Shown here: in pieces, positions 28,137-38,571 of the stretch
How positions within the stretch are numbered: the first letter of the stretch is position 1
Layout of the letters: each line of letters begins with the position of its first letter
Virus record (IMG/VR): IMGVR_UViG_3300021493_000001
From: a virus
Direction: 5' to 3' (one strand)
Length of the DNA: 64,000 nucleotides
Translations under genes and position numbers: made by a program
Notes under the pieces: generated by a model
What the model saw: the letters and a program-made list of their open reading frames with translations, nothing else
Told to the model about the DNA's origin: nothing
Database searches by the model: none

Positions 28137-30186
28137 CTATTATGTAGATGCAACTTTAGGTGATGACAGCAACCCTGGGACACAAACCCAGCCTTGGAAG
28201 ACTGTATCTAAAGTAAACTCTATTAGTTTTAGTGCTGGTGATAATATATATTTTAAAAGAGGGGAAGTTTGGCGAGAAACTTTAACCGTTCCTTCTTCTG
28301 GTTCAGATGGAAATCTTATTACCTTTGGAGCGTATGGGAATGGTGATAAACCTAAGATAACAGGGGCAGATATTGAGACAGGTTGGACAGGACCAGATGA
28401 AAATGGTGTTTGGCAAATTAGTGATAGTATATGGGAACACCAGATTCTATTGGAAGATGGTGAAAAATTGTATAGGTTACAATCTTCAGACCCTGCTGAT
28501 TTAAGTCTAGGTCAATTTGGCGGTGACTCCAACCATATTTATTATAAACCAACTTCAGGCACTCCTGATGACCATGTTCTTGAATTAGGGGTTAGAAAAT
28601 ATCCACTTTATATCAATGGGAAATCTTATATAAAAGTGGAGAATTTGAGGTTTGAAGCAGGGGCTTATACATCTGCTGACCCATATAAATCTCGCACCGT
28701 GGTGGCAATTCATGATTGTAATTCTTGTAAGATTTCCAATTGTGAGGTTCATTTTGGAGGATTTTTCGGAATAAGTCTTAATAATGCTACTAATTGTGAT
28801 ATTGAAAACACTGAAGTTACATATATTGGAAGGCGTGGGATTAATATTGGTGCTGATTGCTCAGATATTACGATAAGTTATTGCCATGTCCATCATATTG
28901 GGAAGAAAGATACTCTCAATTCAGAAGGCATTTCTACAGGGGATAAAGAGGGAATCGCTATATCTGCCTTTAGTTCAGAAGGTTCTCAAGAGCCTTACAA
29001 TATTACGATTGAATATAATGAAATACATGATAATGGGACAGATTATGCAGAAAAAAGCACAAATTGTAAAGGGATTTGCATCTCTCAAGGTGGAGCTGAT
29101 AGTGGAAATATAACTAATGTTACAATTAGATATAATAAAATTTATAACTGTGATGGTAAGGGAATTTCACTGGAGGGAGTAAATGGAGACTATGAAATTT
29201 ATTATAATATTGTCTTTAATAATGGGATAGGAGAACAGGATAGTGGGACTTCTCCTTGGGGTGGCCTTATAATGGGCACTGCTACAGGGACTGCAAATGT
29301 TAAGATATTCAATAATGTATTTTGGAAAAATGATGGAGGACCTGGAACAGGTGTAAAGACAAATGTTCGTATTAGTGTGGGTTCGGGTTCAACTCTAGCT
29401 CTTTCCTTCAAAAATAATATAGTTGGCCTTTTCCAAGATGCCAATGGTTATGATTTATATTTTGCTTCTTCAGGCACTCTTAATCTGGATTCTGATTATA
29501 ACCTGTTTTATGAAGACTCAGATAGTAAGAATTGCATATATTGGAATGGCGACACTTATGATTATGCACATATTCTTGGGAGTGAGTCGGGTTATTGGTC
29601 TCATGACCATTCACAAGACTCTCATTCTTTATGTCAAAATCCACTCTTTATAGATGCAGATAATTATGACTTCCATCTCCAAATTTCTTCCCCCTGTATT
29701 GATACAGGGATAGGTGTTGGATTGACGGAAGATTATGAAGGTAACTCTGTTCCAAGAGGTGAAGGGGTTGACATTGGTGCTTACGAGAGGATGACAGGTG
29801 AAATGTGGAACTATCTGGATTCTTTAACACCTGATTATGATTACTCTTTGCCCATAGAACCACAAGAGACAATGGTGGAAGATGGCGAACCTTGGCAAAA
29901 AATATTGCTAGGTAGTGGATTTGATGAAAAGCGGATAGAGCTAGGGGATGTAAAGTTTTATGTTACCTTAAAATGGCCTACATTGACAAAAAGTGAAAGT
30001 AATGAATTGTTTAGTTTTTATTTAGGGGTGGAGAAGACAAAGACCTTTAAATGGCAAAATCCTAAAGACAGCCATGACTATGTAGTGCGATTTGATACAA
30101 AAATGAAAAGGACAATAGCAGCAGGAGGATTATACTCAATTGACCCAGTGCGATTGAGAGTTTTAGGTAATTATTCAGAGGGATAA
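28129..30186 (+). CDS. right-handed beta-helix (pectin-lyase-like) protein fused to a C-terminal Dit-like domain
   Basis: YYVDATLGDDSNPGT, GDNIYFKRG, many PbH-like repeats and DIGAYE; C-terminus resembles 26154-26639. Confidence 0.8.
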   Translation: MASYYVDATLGDDSNPGTQTQPWKTVSKVNSISFSAGDNIYFKRGEVWRETLTVPSSGSDGNLITFGAYGNGDKPKITGADIETGWTGPDENGVWQISDSIWEHQILLEDGEKLYRLQSSDPADLSLGQFGGDSNHIYYKPTSGTPDDHVLELGVRKYPLYINGKSYIKVENLRFEAGAYTSADPYKSRTVVAIHDCNSCKISNCEVHFGGFFGISLNNATNCDIENTEVTYIGRRGINIGADCSDITISYCHVHHIGKKDTLNSEGISTGDKEGIAISAFSSEGSQEPYNITIEYNEIHDNGTDYAEKSTNCKGICISQGGADSGNITNVTIRYNKIYNCDGKGISLEGVNGDYEIYYNIVFNNGIGEQDSGTSPWGGLIMGTATGTANVKIFNNVFWKNDGGPGTGVKTNVRISVGSGSTLALSFKNNIVGLFQDANGYDLYFASSGTLNLDSDYNLFYEDSDSKNCIYWNGDTYDYAHILGSESGYWSHDHSQDSHSLCQNPLFIDADNYDFHLQISSPCIDTGIGVGLTEDYEGNSVPRGEGVDIGAYERMTGEMWNYLDSLTPDYDYSLPIEPQETMVEDGEPWQKILLGSGFDEKRIELGDVKFYVTLKWPTLTKSESNELFSFYLGVEKTKTFKWQNPKDSHDYVVRFDTKMKRTIAAGGLYSIDPVRLRVLGNYSEG

Positions 30187-33147
30187 ATGAGAAGTCTGGA
30201 CAGCACACAAAATTATTTACTAGGTAAAACTTATAAATCAGCCATTTGGCTGTTTGATATAACGGATAAATATGATAATTCATACCACTGGTCAACTAGG
30301 GAATACACATACAATTCAACCACTTACTCTTTTAATATAGTAGATTTCCCTGGTATCACTTTAAACCGAAATCAATCAGAAGCAGGTATCATCGCACCTA
30401 ATGAAGTGAGAATTGAAATAGGAAACAAAGACAATGCTTACACGGCAGACAATTTTATAGATGGCAGTGTTTTAATTTACTTATTGATAGATGATACTCT
30501 GATTGCCAAATGGAAGTTTAACATTATAAGGGCTTATGGAAGCTATCAATCAATTACTTTAGAGTGTGAAGACTTCTTACAAAAGTATTTAGAAGGTGCA
30601 TATCCTAACACGCAATATGTAAAAGCCTTATTCCCAGACAATTATTATGAAGATGAAGACCTTTGTGTGCCTGTATGTTTTGGCACTGCATACATTCCTT
30701 TACGGCCTGTGGAGATAGATGGGGATAGATATTACTTGCTCGGTTCTACTGACAATACTTATACAATTGCCGAGGTTCATACACCTGCTGAATGGGGCAT
30801 AAAACAGTCATGGTCTTCCTCTAGCTATACTTTTACTCAATCCACTAAGACAGACCAGTTCGGTAACTCTTGGCGGGTGTTTCAGCCTATCATAGCTGAT
30901 TCTAATTTAGATGGCACTCCAGATGCTTGTGGCGTATGGATTAGTGGGCAAAAGATACTGGATATGCCAACTAAATTTAGCTACAACACTACTACCAACC
31001 CAGCAAACATTATAAAAGAGATACTAAAAGATTTTGGTGTGCCTGATGATGAGATAGATGATGATTCATTTACCAGTGCAGCCTCTACTTTTACTAGTTG
31101 GGGTTTGGAGTGGAATGGTGGTTTTTGGAAAAAATCAACTAGACAGTCTATGCTATCCACTCTACTAAATATGTGCCATGCTAGAATACTGGTTAGAGAT
31201 AAACTAGTGCTGTCTGTCCTATCTAAGACAAGCCAAAAGACAATTACCACTTCATTAGTAGTCAAGGAAAGCTTTGATTACTCCAAACTATCAGAGGAGC
31301 TATCTGATAGTGGGTATGTGGCATGGCAAAAAGAGGACGAGCCACAGGACAATATGCTTAAAGCCTTAGTCCCAGGTAAAGGTTCTACCACTGATTATAT
31401 TAGCGATGAAACAGTATTTATTCCTTGGGTTCAAAATGCAGTTCATGTCCAAAAGCTAGCCTGCTTAGTGTTTCAGCGTAAGTTTTTCAAAGTTGCTCAA
31501 ATATCTTTTACTGGTAGAAGTGAATTGCTGGCACTTGAACCAGGGGATGTAATCACAATAAATGGAGATAACTATGGTGGTGAGTATAAAGTAGTCATAG
31601 ACAGTATAGAGATAGGTAGTGATTTACTGGTCAAGGTGACAGCTACCCGATACTCCATTGAGCTGGATGATTGGGACGATTTAACTCAGTTTAGTGATAT
31701 AACCATTTATACCACCGTCCCCTCTGCATGGGAAAACTTGCCTTCAGGTTATGGTTATGGGTTGCGCTGGGATAGAGACCAAGCTACCTTGTTTGTAGCG
31801 GGCACAGTTAGAGTTACTGGTGGTTTTATTGCTGATGCTGGTGGTTTTATCCGTTCGGGGCAAACTGCTTTTGATACAGGCACAGGGTTTTTCCTAGGTG
31901 CAAATGATAGTGGCACTCCACTGTTCTCTGTGGGTAGTTCTAGTGGGAAAAAGATTACATGGAATGGCACAACATTGACAATCAAAGGGGACTTAGTATT
32001 TGACAGCTATAATTACTGGTATCCTGGGGGGAATTTTAGAGTTGGTTCTAGCAGCCATTATTTGTATTGGGATGGCTCAACCTTTACTGTTCAAGGCAAA
32101 CTGGTTGCACAGAGTGGCTCTAGTATTCATGGTGCTTATATAACAGATGCTACCATTACCAATGTCAAGATTTCTGATATATCGGCTACAAAAATCAATG
32201 CAGGATATATTGTTACTACGCAGTTGGATACAGGCTCTCCCCCTTCTACTGGATGTATTTTAGATGGCAATGGCTTACGAGCTTATAAATCAGGCACAAT
32301 GGTAGTGGATATAAGTGAAGACCCATATTTTAGAGGTGAAGCTCATTTGGGGGATGATAATGATTTTGTGCAAATTGGTGAGCAAAATACTCTTTGTCAG
32401 GTTCGTTTTTATGCAGATGGAGTGTTGCAGGGCCGTGTTTTTTCTTTAGCTTATAACACAGGCGATATATATGTTGAAGCTAATGATAATTTAATTTTAC
32501 AAGCAGGCACTGGAGGCGATGTTTCTATCAAAGCAAATGCTGAAGCTAGATTGAAGATTTCTAGTGACATCACTATTTATAGGTCGGTAAAACCGTATTC
32601 AAATATTACTTATGACCTTGGGAGTAGCTCTTATGCATGGAACAATATTTATGGGAAAAATGTTCGCACTGATGAGTTGTATGATAAGGGCACAGGTAGA
32701 ATAGATTTTCATTGCAGGATAGCACCTTCATCGCATATTACCTATGATAATGGATTGAGTAACTATGCTTGGAACAATGTTTATTATTGCACAGCAAATG
32801 GTGTTTGCTCACTTGGAATGGTGGAAGAAATAGCAGACCCGCTTGAACTACTCAAAAATATTAAGGCTAGCAAAGACAAATACACAACAAAGGAAATTCC
32901 CAAAGCAGATTATAAGACTTTACCCAAATTCATTAAGACAATAAAATACAGTGATTTAAAGAAAGATGAAGAAGATTTTGAAGAGCATTTACAAAGTATT
33001 TTATCCAAAAATGCAGAAATAACTTATGAGGATGATAAAAAAGTAACGGTGAGAATAGAAGCATTGGATGTGACAGCTACTTTAAGCCTGTTGTTAGGTG
33101 CTATAAGGCAATTAAGTAAAAAGATAGAAGCGTTAGAAGGACATTAA
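30187..33147 (+). CDS. central tail hub/fibre (Tal/gpJ-like) with C-terminal chaperone-like region
   Basis: 986 aa; IRSGQTAFDTGTGFFLG; DLGSSSYAWNNIY repeat; terminal coiled coil. Confidence 0.75.
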   Translation: MRSLDSTQNYLLGKTYKSAIWLFDITDKYDNSYHWSTREYTYNSTTYSFNIVDFPGITLNRNQSEAGIIAPNEVRIEIGNKDNAYTADNFIDGSVLIYLLIDDTLIAKWKFNIIRAYGSYQSITLECEDFLQKYLEGAYPNTQYVKALFPDNYYEDEDLCVPVCFGTAYIPLRPVEIDGDRYYLLGSTDNTYTIAEVHTPAEWGIKQSWSSSSYTFTQSTKTDQFGNSWRVFQPIIADSNLDGTPDACGVWISGQKILDMPTKFSYNTTTNPANIIKEILKDFGVPDDEIDDDSFTSAASTFTSWGLEWNGGFWKKSTRQSMLSTLLNMCHARILVRDKLVLSVLSKTSQKTITTSLVVKESFDYSKLSEELSDSGYVAWQKEDEPQDNMLKALVPGKGSTTDYISDETVFIPWVQNAVHVQKLACLVFQRKFFKVAQISFTGRSELLALEPGDVITINGDNYGGEYKVVIDSIEIGSDLLVKVTATRYSIELDDWDDLTQFSDITIYTTVPSAWENLPSGYGYGLRWDRDQATLFVAGTVRVTGGFIADAGGFIRSGQTAFDTGTGFFLGANDSGTPLFSVGSSSGKKITWNGTTLTIKGDLVFDSYNYWYPGGNFRVGSSSHYLYWDGSTFTVQGKLVAQSGSSIHGAYITDATITNVKISDISATKINAGYIVTTQLDTGSPPSTGCILDGNGLRAYKSGTMVVDISEDPYFRGEAHLGDDNDFVQIGEQNTLCQVRFYADGVLQGRVFSLAYNTGDIYVEANDNLILQAGTGGDVSIKANAEARLKISSDITIYRSVKPYSNITYDLGSSSYAWNNIYGKNVRTDELYDKGTGRIDFHCRIAPSSHITYDNGLSNYAWNNVYYCTANGVCSLGMVEEIADPLELLKNIKASKDKYTTKEIPKADYKTLPKFIKTIKYSDLKKDEEDFEEHLQSILSKNAEITYEDDKKVTVRIEALDVTATLSLLLGAIRQLSKKIEALEGH

Positions 33148-33189
33148 GGAAAGAGGGTAAAATGAGTATAATAATATGGAGGGTAAGTA

Positions 33190-33774
33190 ATGAATAAGAG
33201 ATTGGCTGAAGGGAGTTTATTGTTATTAGGGGTTTTTATGGTAGGGATTGTTACCATCCCACATCATTTTACTTTCAGAAGTGACCCCTTGTTTAAAAGG
33301 GGTTTTGATATTCAAGGAGTATGGAGCTACTATGAGATGCGACTGCAAACAAACAACCGAGCAATTCCTACCTGTATTGGAACCACCAATGGGTTCTTGA
33401 AGTTTGATGTGAAAGAGAATAGATATGAGTATAGAATTGAGGGGGATAATGTGGATACGCATGGAGATTATTTTTATGAGACCTCTTCCTACCCAGCCAC
33501 TGTATATTTTGATGACATGGATTTATCTCATTGGCCTGTTGTTAATGTTAGGTTAAGTAGTGCTGATTGGCTTCGTCTGAAAGTTGTAAATGAAAACTGT
33601 ATGATGATATTTTTTTGGTTAGATGAACATAAGGTAACTATAACTTCAATGTTATATAGAACTAACCAAGGTTATTTTAAAAGGCCATTTTATAGTTGCC
33701 CAACAATGCAAAAATATTACAGAGTTGAAGAGGGCTTAAACATATTGGACAATTGTGCAAGGGAAAGCAATTAA
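33190..33774 (+). CDS. hypothetical exported/membrane-anchored protein
   Basis: N-terminal hydrophobic segment. Confidence 0.55.
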   Translation: MNKRLAEGSLLLLGVFMVGIVTIPHHFTFRSDPLFKRGFDIQGVWSYYEMRLQTNNRAIPTCIGTTNGFLKFDVKENRYEYRIEGDNVDTHGDYFYETSSYPATVYFDDMDLSHWPVVNVRLSSADWLRLKVVNENCMMIFFWLDEHKVTITSMLYRTNQGYFKRPFYSCPTMQKYYRVEEGLNILDNCARESN

Positions 33775-33790
33775 AGGAGGGGCAATATAG

Positions 33791-34195
33791 ATGAAAAAGA
33801 AAGTAAAAGTAAAGAATGTGTTTTTTGAGAAGTTCGCTGTTGAGGCACAAAAACTCCAGCAAAAACAGTTGCCTATGGTTCTCTCTTTTTGGATTACCCG
33901 TAACTTTGACAAAATAGGGAAAGAGGCTGAACCATATTTTACTATGAAGCGAAAGCTGGCAGAGAAATACAGCGTGAAAGATGAAAAAGGCAAATTTAAA
34001 GTAGATGCTCAAGGTAATTATCAAATTGAAAATATATCTAAGTTTATTGAAGAGCTTAGGGAGCTACAAGAGCAAGAGATAGAGATGGAGCTGGATGTAG
34101 TAAAAGTCAAACTAAAGGATTTGCAAAAGATAAAGGTAGAGATAACTCCAGCAGAGATGTCTTGTTTAACGCCGTTCTTAGAAATTGAAGAATAA
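33791..34195 (+). CDS. DUF1617-like phage protein
   Basis: QLPMVLSFWITRN...KRKLAEKY...ELQEQEIE pattern. Confidence 0.55.
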   Translation: MKKKVKVKNVFFEKFAVEAQKLQQKQLPMVLSFWITRNFDKIGKEAEPYFTMKRKLAEKYSVKDEKGKFKVDAQGNYQIENISKFIEELRELQEQEIEMELDVVKVKLKDLQKIKVEITPAEMSCLTPFLEIEE

Positions 34196-34205
34196 GGAGG
34201 ATTGA

Positions 34206-34451
34206 ATGGCAGAGATAAGTGAAGAAATCATAAGTAGCGAGTTATTAAGAAAGAAAAGGCGAGTGCAGTTTAAAGCACCTTCTGCAAGCACGGATGATAC
34301 AATTGTATTAGGAGATTATACGACTGTTCATGGTTGTTGTCTTATGAAAGAGGATGGGACTTCAGTTGCTTGCACGGTATCAGGTAATGAAATTACAATA
34401 ACAGGCAGTGCTAGCTCAGAAGATTTATACGGATTTGCCATTGTAAGTTAA
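34206..34451 (+). CDS. hypothetical protein
   Basis: AGGAGG RBS. Confidence 0.6.
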   Translation: MAEISEEIISSELLRKKRRVQFKAPSASTDDTIVLGDYTTVHGCCLMKEDGTSVACTVSGNEITITGSASSEDLYGFAIVS

Positions 34452-34452
34452 A

Positions 34453-34644
34453 TTGAAATGGAGAGTAGAAAAACATGCTGATGAGTGGTGGATTAGAATT
34501 AAATATAATATGTTCCAGTTAAGAGAGACAGAGATAGTGATGGTAGAGGTAGAAGACTTGCTTTATGCAGGTTCAAATAAAAAAGATGAAAATAAAATGG
34601 CTAAATTATTTAGAAAAATATATGGTAAGGAGGTTCAGGAATGA
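34453..34644 (+). CDS. hypothetical protein
   Basis: packed ORF with ATGA overlap. Confidence 0.5.
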   Translation: MKWRVEKHADEWWIRIKYNMFQLRETEIVMVEVEDLLYAGSNKKDENKMAKLFRKIYGKEVQE

Positions 34645-35051
34645 GAAAATTAATTACTACATTAGCTTTTGTATTAATGCTTTTACCTTTATTGGCTGGT
34701 GCTGTGGTTCATACCTACATCATCGTTCCAGAGGCTACAGCAATGGATTTTATAGCTCGGTGGGGTTATGACTGTCCTGGCTGGGAAACAAAGTTTGTCT
34801 TGTATTTGAAAAATCCAGACGATACTTGGACACAAATACAGGAGTTTACCTCTAAATGCAGTGATGGTGAAACAGGCATGAAGAGTTTTGAAGAGGCTTT
34901 TACTTATGATGTTATCTCAGTTGGACAAAATTACACATTTGGTTTAAGCGCGAAGAATGCAGATAATGAAAGTGGCAAAACTGAGGTAACAATCTATATT
35001 CCCTATCCAGTGCCTGAAGTTCCTCAAAGCTTTCAAGTGGAGGTTCAATGA
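34641..35051 (+). CDS. signal-peptide protein with FN3/Ig-like domain
   Basis: MRKLITTLAFVLMLLPLLAGA; YTFGLSAKNADNESG; PEVPQSF. Confidence 0.65.
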   Translation: MRKLITTLAFVLMLLPLLAGAVVHTYIIVPEATAMDFIARWGYDCPGWETKFVLYLKNPDDTWTQIQEFTSKCSDGETGMKSFEEAFTYDVISVGQNYTFGLSAKNADNESGKTEVTIYIPYPVPEVPQSFQVEVQ

Positions 35052-35569
35052 TGCCTGCTGAATTGCTTGTAAAAGCTTGTGATGCAACCCACAGCAATGA
35101 AGTAAAAGACCTGCGGGGTTGCTATAAAAAAGGCTATGTGGTTGTAATTAAGCCTGATGGTTGGAAATGGGGTAAGGAAGAACTAAACAAAGAAAAGTTC
35201 TATATTATCCGAGTTAAGGATGCTGAGCCAGAGGATTTGGTTCATCTTCTTGATTTTCATAAAATAATTATTGGCTCTAGGTATCATGCTGTATCAGATA
35301 AACTTGGTGTTCTTGTTACAAGCACAGACAAAGACACTGCACAAAGTGAATGCCTGAAAAAATGTAAACTAGTGGCTCAAGAGTTAAGTCATTTTGGAGT
35401 AACAGTGAATGAGCCAGACTACAATATCAAAGTTGAAGAAGAACCAGAAATCCATACAATAGCACGGAGGCGGTATAAGATTGATGTTAGTGGAATAGAG
35501 GATAGTTTAAAGAAAGGCATAGTTGAGGTAAGTGCAAAAGATTTAAAAATCGTTGACCAGAGGCAATAA
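35048..35569 (+). CDS. hypothetical protein
   Basis: translationally coupled on both sides. Confidence 0.65.
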   Translation: MMPAELLVKACDATHSNEVKDLRGCYKKGYVVVIKPDGWKWGKEELNKEKFYIIRVKDAEPEDLVHLLDFHKIIIGSRYHAVSDKLGVLVTSTDKDTAQSECLKKCKLVAQELSHFGVTVNEPDYNIKVEEEPEIHTIARRRYKIDVSGIEDSLKKGIVEVSAKDLKIVDQRQ

Positions 35570-37614
35570 TGGCAACTGAGAGTGTTAAAATAGTTGACCC
35601 AGACAATGGTGCAGGGACGGATTATACCAGCTTGAGTGCTTGGGAAGCAGGAGAACAAAAGGATTTGGTAACAGCTGATGAGATAGCTGTTGCTAAATGC
35701 CGATGCACGGGTGGAAGTGCAGACACTTCTTATGTAGATATTGATGGATGGACTACTGATGAAACTCATTATATTAAGATTTGGACTGACCCAAGTGAAA
35801 ATTATAGGCATGATGGGAAATGGAATACGAGTAAATATCGGTTGGACGGGACTACAGCTTGGAATCTTTTTACAATAGATGAAGCTTACGTCAAAGCAGA
35901 AGGCATCCAAGTTGGCCTTAGTAGTAGCAATAATCGAAGAGGTATCAATATTGGCCCAAATGCTAGCGGTAAGATTGATGTTTCCTATTGTATCGTAAAA
36001 GCGAGTGTAACTCTGAATAGTTACGGATATGGCATTCGTGTTGGTGCCCCATCTGGGTCTATTGTGAGAATATGGAATAATTTAGTATATGATATTGTAA
36101 ATTCGGATGGAGATGGAACAGGTATTAGTTCAGGTAGCTATGAAGCTTATGTTTATAATAATACAGTTATAGATTGTGGTGAATATGGTATTTTTTGTGG
36201 GGGTTCCAACTCAGTCGTAAAAAATTGTTTATGCAAAGGTAATGGCACTGATTTTGCGGCTTGGGGGGATGATTGGTCTACTAATTCTGATTATAATGCT
36301 TCCTCAGATGGAACAGCACCTGGAGCTAATTCAAGAACAAACCAAACCTTCACCTTTGTTGATGAAGCAAATGATAACTTCCACTTGGCTTCCAATGATG
36401 CTGGGGCAAAGGATTACGGCACAGATTTATCCTCCGACCCAAACTTAGCCTTTTCAGATGACATAGACGGTGAGACACGAAGCGGAACTTGGGATATTGG
36501 AGCGGATGAGTATGTGGCGGCTGGAGGAGCAATAACTAAGATAATGGATGAAACTATCTCAGTATCTGAAACTCTAATAAGACGGCTTTATGCAAATCGT
36601 TTTATCGGAGAAACAGTTGCAATTACTGAAACTATGCCAAGGAGAGGGTATTCAAATCGTTTGATGGACGAGACAGTTTCTATATCTGAAGGAATATTAA
36701 GAAGACTAAGGTCAAATAGAATTATAAACGAGACAATATCAATTGCTGAAGCATTATCTCGTAGAGCATTCTCAACTAGAGTTATAAATGAAACACTAAG
36801 CATAACTGAGACAGTGCTTAGGCGATTAAGAGCTATAAGGATTATCAGTGAGACTATATCCATATCTGAAAGCTTGGTTAGAAGATTACGGTCGGTAAGA
36901 TTAATCAATGAAACGGTTAGTATAACAGAGAGCTTTGTCCGTTCATGTGTTAGCACGGTAGTTAAGATAATGAGTGAAACAGTGTCTATAACAGAAACTT
37001 TAGTAAGACGGTTGCATTCAAGGAGAATAATGGATGAGACACTATCAATCTCTGAAGGAATTTTGAGGCGTCTTCGTTCAGTTAGAGCTATGGCAGAGAA
37101 TATCTCCATAAGTGAGGTATTAAGTCGTAGAGCATTTTTGACTAAGATAATCAATGAAACTGTAAGCATTACTGAGACTTTTGTTCGCTCTTGTATAGCG
37201 GGTATTGTAAAAATAATGGATGAGACAGTTTCTATAACGGAAGGTTTAATAAGAAAATGCACTAGCAATAGAATAATGCAGGAAACATTGAGCATTCTTG
37301 AAATTTTGAATAGAAAATGTAAAATGTCAAAGATAATGGCTGAAACAATGTCTATTGCAGAAACAATTGTTAGAAGATGTAGAGCAACCAGAGTTTTAAA
37401 TGAAACTGTTAATATTACTGAAACAGTTGTCCGTTCTTGTGTTGCTACATTAGTAAAGATTATGAATGAAGTCATAACAATTTCAGAAGGTTTAGTCAAA
37501 ATTACAACCTTGGTAAAACTAGCAGTTGGTAAAATCAGTTTTCAAGCTCACCGTGCATCAGTAAGTTTCAAAAAGTTTATGGCTAAAATAAGCTTTTTAA
37601 GAAAAGGAGATTAA
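35569..37614 (+). CDS. beta-helix virion protein with C-terminal 20-aa tandem repeats
   Basis: DYTSLSAWEA, PbH repeats and WDIGADEY, followed by about 16 repeats. Confidence 0.8.
   Translation: MATESVKIVDPDNGAGTDYTSLSAWEAGEQKDLVTADEIAVAKCRCTGGSADTSYVDIDGWTTDETHYIKIWTDPSENYRHDGKWNTSKYRLDGTTAWNLFTIDEAYVKAEGIQVGLSSSNNRRGINIGPNASGKIDVSYCIVKASVTLNSYGYGIRVGAPSGSIVRIWNNLVYDIVNSDGDGTGISSGSYEAYVYNNTVIDCGEYGIFCGGSNSVVKNCLCKGNGTDFAAWGDDWSTNSDYNASSDGTAPGANSRTNQTFTFVDEANDNFHLASNDAGAKDYGTDLSSDPNLAFSDDIDGETRSGTWDIGADEYVAAGGAITKIMDETISVSETLIRRLYANRFIGETVAITETMPRRGYSNRLMDETVSISEGILRRLRSNRIINETISIAEALSRRAFSTRVINETLSITETVLRRLRAIRIISETISISESLVRRLRSVRLINETVSITESFVRSCVSTVVKIMSETVSITETLVRRLHSRRIMDETLSISEGILRRLRSVRAMAENISISEVLSRRAFLTKIINETVSITETFVRSCIAGIVKIMDETVSITEGLIRKCTSNRIMQETLSILEILNRKCKMSKIMAETMSIAETIVRRCRATRVLNETVNITETVVRSCVATLVKIMNEVITISEGLVKITTLVKLAVGKISFQAHRASVSFKKFMAKISFLRKGD
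36538..37500 (+). repeat. about 16 copies of a 20-aa (60-nt) repeat [KR]I[MI]xET[IV]SI[ST]ExLxRR
   Basis: read directly from the translation; three 22-aa variants end in RSC. Confidence 0.9.
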
Positions 37615-37833
37615 ATGTTTAAAAAATTAATACAAAGATTTGATTATCTGCATGATAAATTATTTGAAAGATTAATTAATCAGAAATGGTATAGACGGAT
37701 TTTTGGTCGTTATTTCACTTCACTTTATATAACTAAAGATAATATTAAAGGAAGTGTAGAATGGTGCTTAGTGAAAGGTTTTGATAAGGAAGGTGGATAC
37801 ATAGCGAGATTTAAATTCAGGAAGCGGGATTAA
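37615..37833 (+). CDS. hypothetical protein
   Basis: AGGAG RBS. Confidence 0.5.
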   Translation: MFKKLIQRFDYLHDKLFERLINQKWYRRIFGRYFTSLYITKDNIKGSVEWCLVKGFDKEGGYIARFKFRKRD

Positions 37834-37995
37834 GAATATTGGGCAATGTTATATATTTAAGGAGAAAATGTAAAATGCTTAAAAGACTACTCAGAAAAAT
37901 CTTACGATATGTAAGAGAAAAAATGATAAGGGAAAAAATTGATATTTCAGATAATATGATTGTGGTTTTAAATCCAAAGAAGGAGGGAAAGAAGA

Positions 37996-38568
37996 ATGTT
38001 ACTCGGTAAGAAGATTAAGTTGGGTAGGTTTGGAAAGATTTGGGTGCCATTAAGGGTAATGTTTGATGAAGAATTAGCTTTACTGTCTGATGCTCTTGTT
38101 GTTCTTGTGAACGAAAAGACAGCAGACCGTATTATTATCCCTGGACGCAATATTGTAACCGATGCGGGTGATACATATTATGCTCAAAAGGCTTGTGGTG
38201 AAACTCCAACCAATGATTTTAATTCCCTTTATTTAGCAACAGCAGGCCCTGACCCAGTTGGCAAATCAGATGATTATGATGATTTTACAGTAGCTAGTGG
38301 CAGTGAAAAAGCCGTAAGCACAGGTTATCCTAAAACTAATGATGATGACAGTGATAATACAGGTAGTGGTGTAGATGTCATAACTTGGAAATTTGAATAT
38401 TCAACTAGTGATGGGCCTTTTAGTAGCATAACTCATTCATTTATTTCAGTAGCTTCTGCTAGCAGTGGTAGTGCAATATTGAATAGTTACAAATGGGCAT
38501 CTAGCTGGGATAAAGATGGCTCAACCTCTTGTAAAGTATTTGCAAACCATACTGAGAATGGGACATAA
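37996..38568 (+). CDS. putative virion structural protein
   Basis: GRNIVTDAG...; Ser/Thr/Gly-rich composition. Confidence 0.6.
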   Translation: MLLGKKIKLGRFGKIWVPLRVMFDEELALLSDALVVLVNEKTADRIIIPGRNIVTDAGDTYYAQKACGETPTNDFNSLYLATAGPDPVGKSDDYDDFTVASGSEKAVSTGYPKTNDDDSDNTGSGVDVITWKFEYSTSDGPFSSITHSFISVASASSGSAILNSYKWASSWDKDGSTSCKVFANHTENGT

Positions 38569-38571
38569 GCA

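Noticed and set aside
26652-33147. Diversity-generating retroelement targeting the fibre genes
   Set aside because: Short internal repeats exist, but there is no reverse transcriptase and no adenine-specific TR/VR pair.
3483-37499. Numerous opposite-strand ORFs in the track (for example 36588-37499, 23256-23654, 25476-25853)
   Set aside because: They are shadows of long real genes or of the repeat, with no RBS or recognisable motifs.
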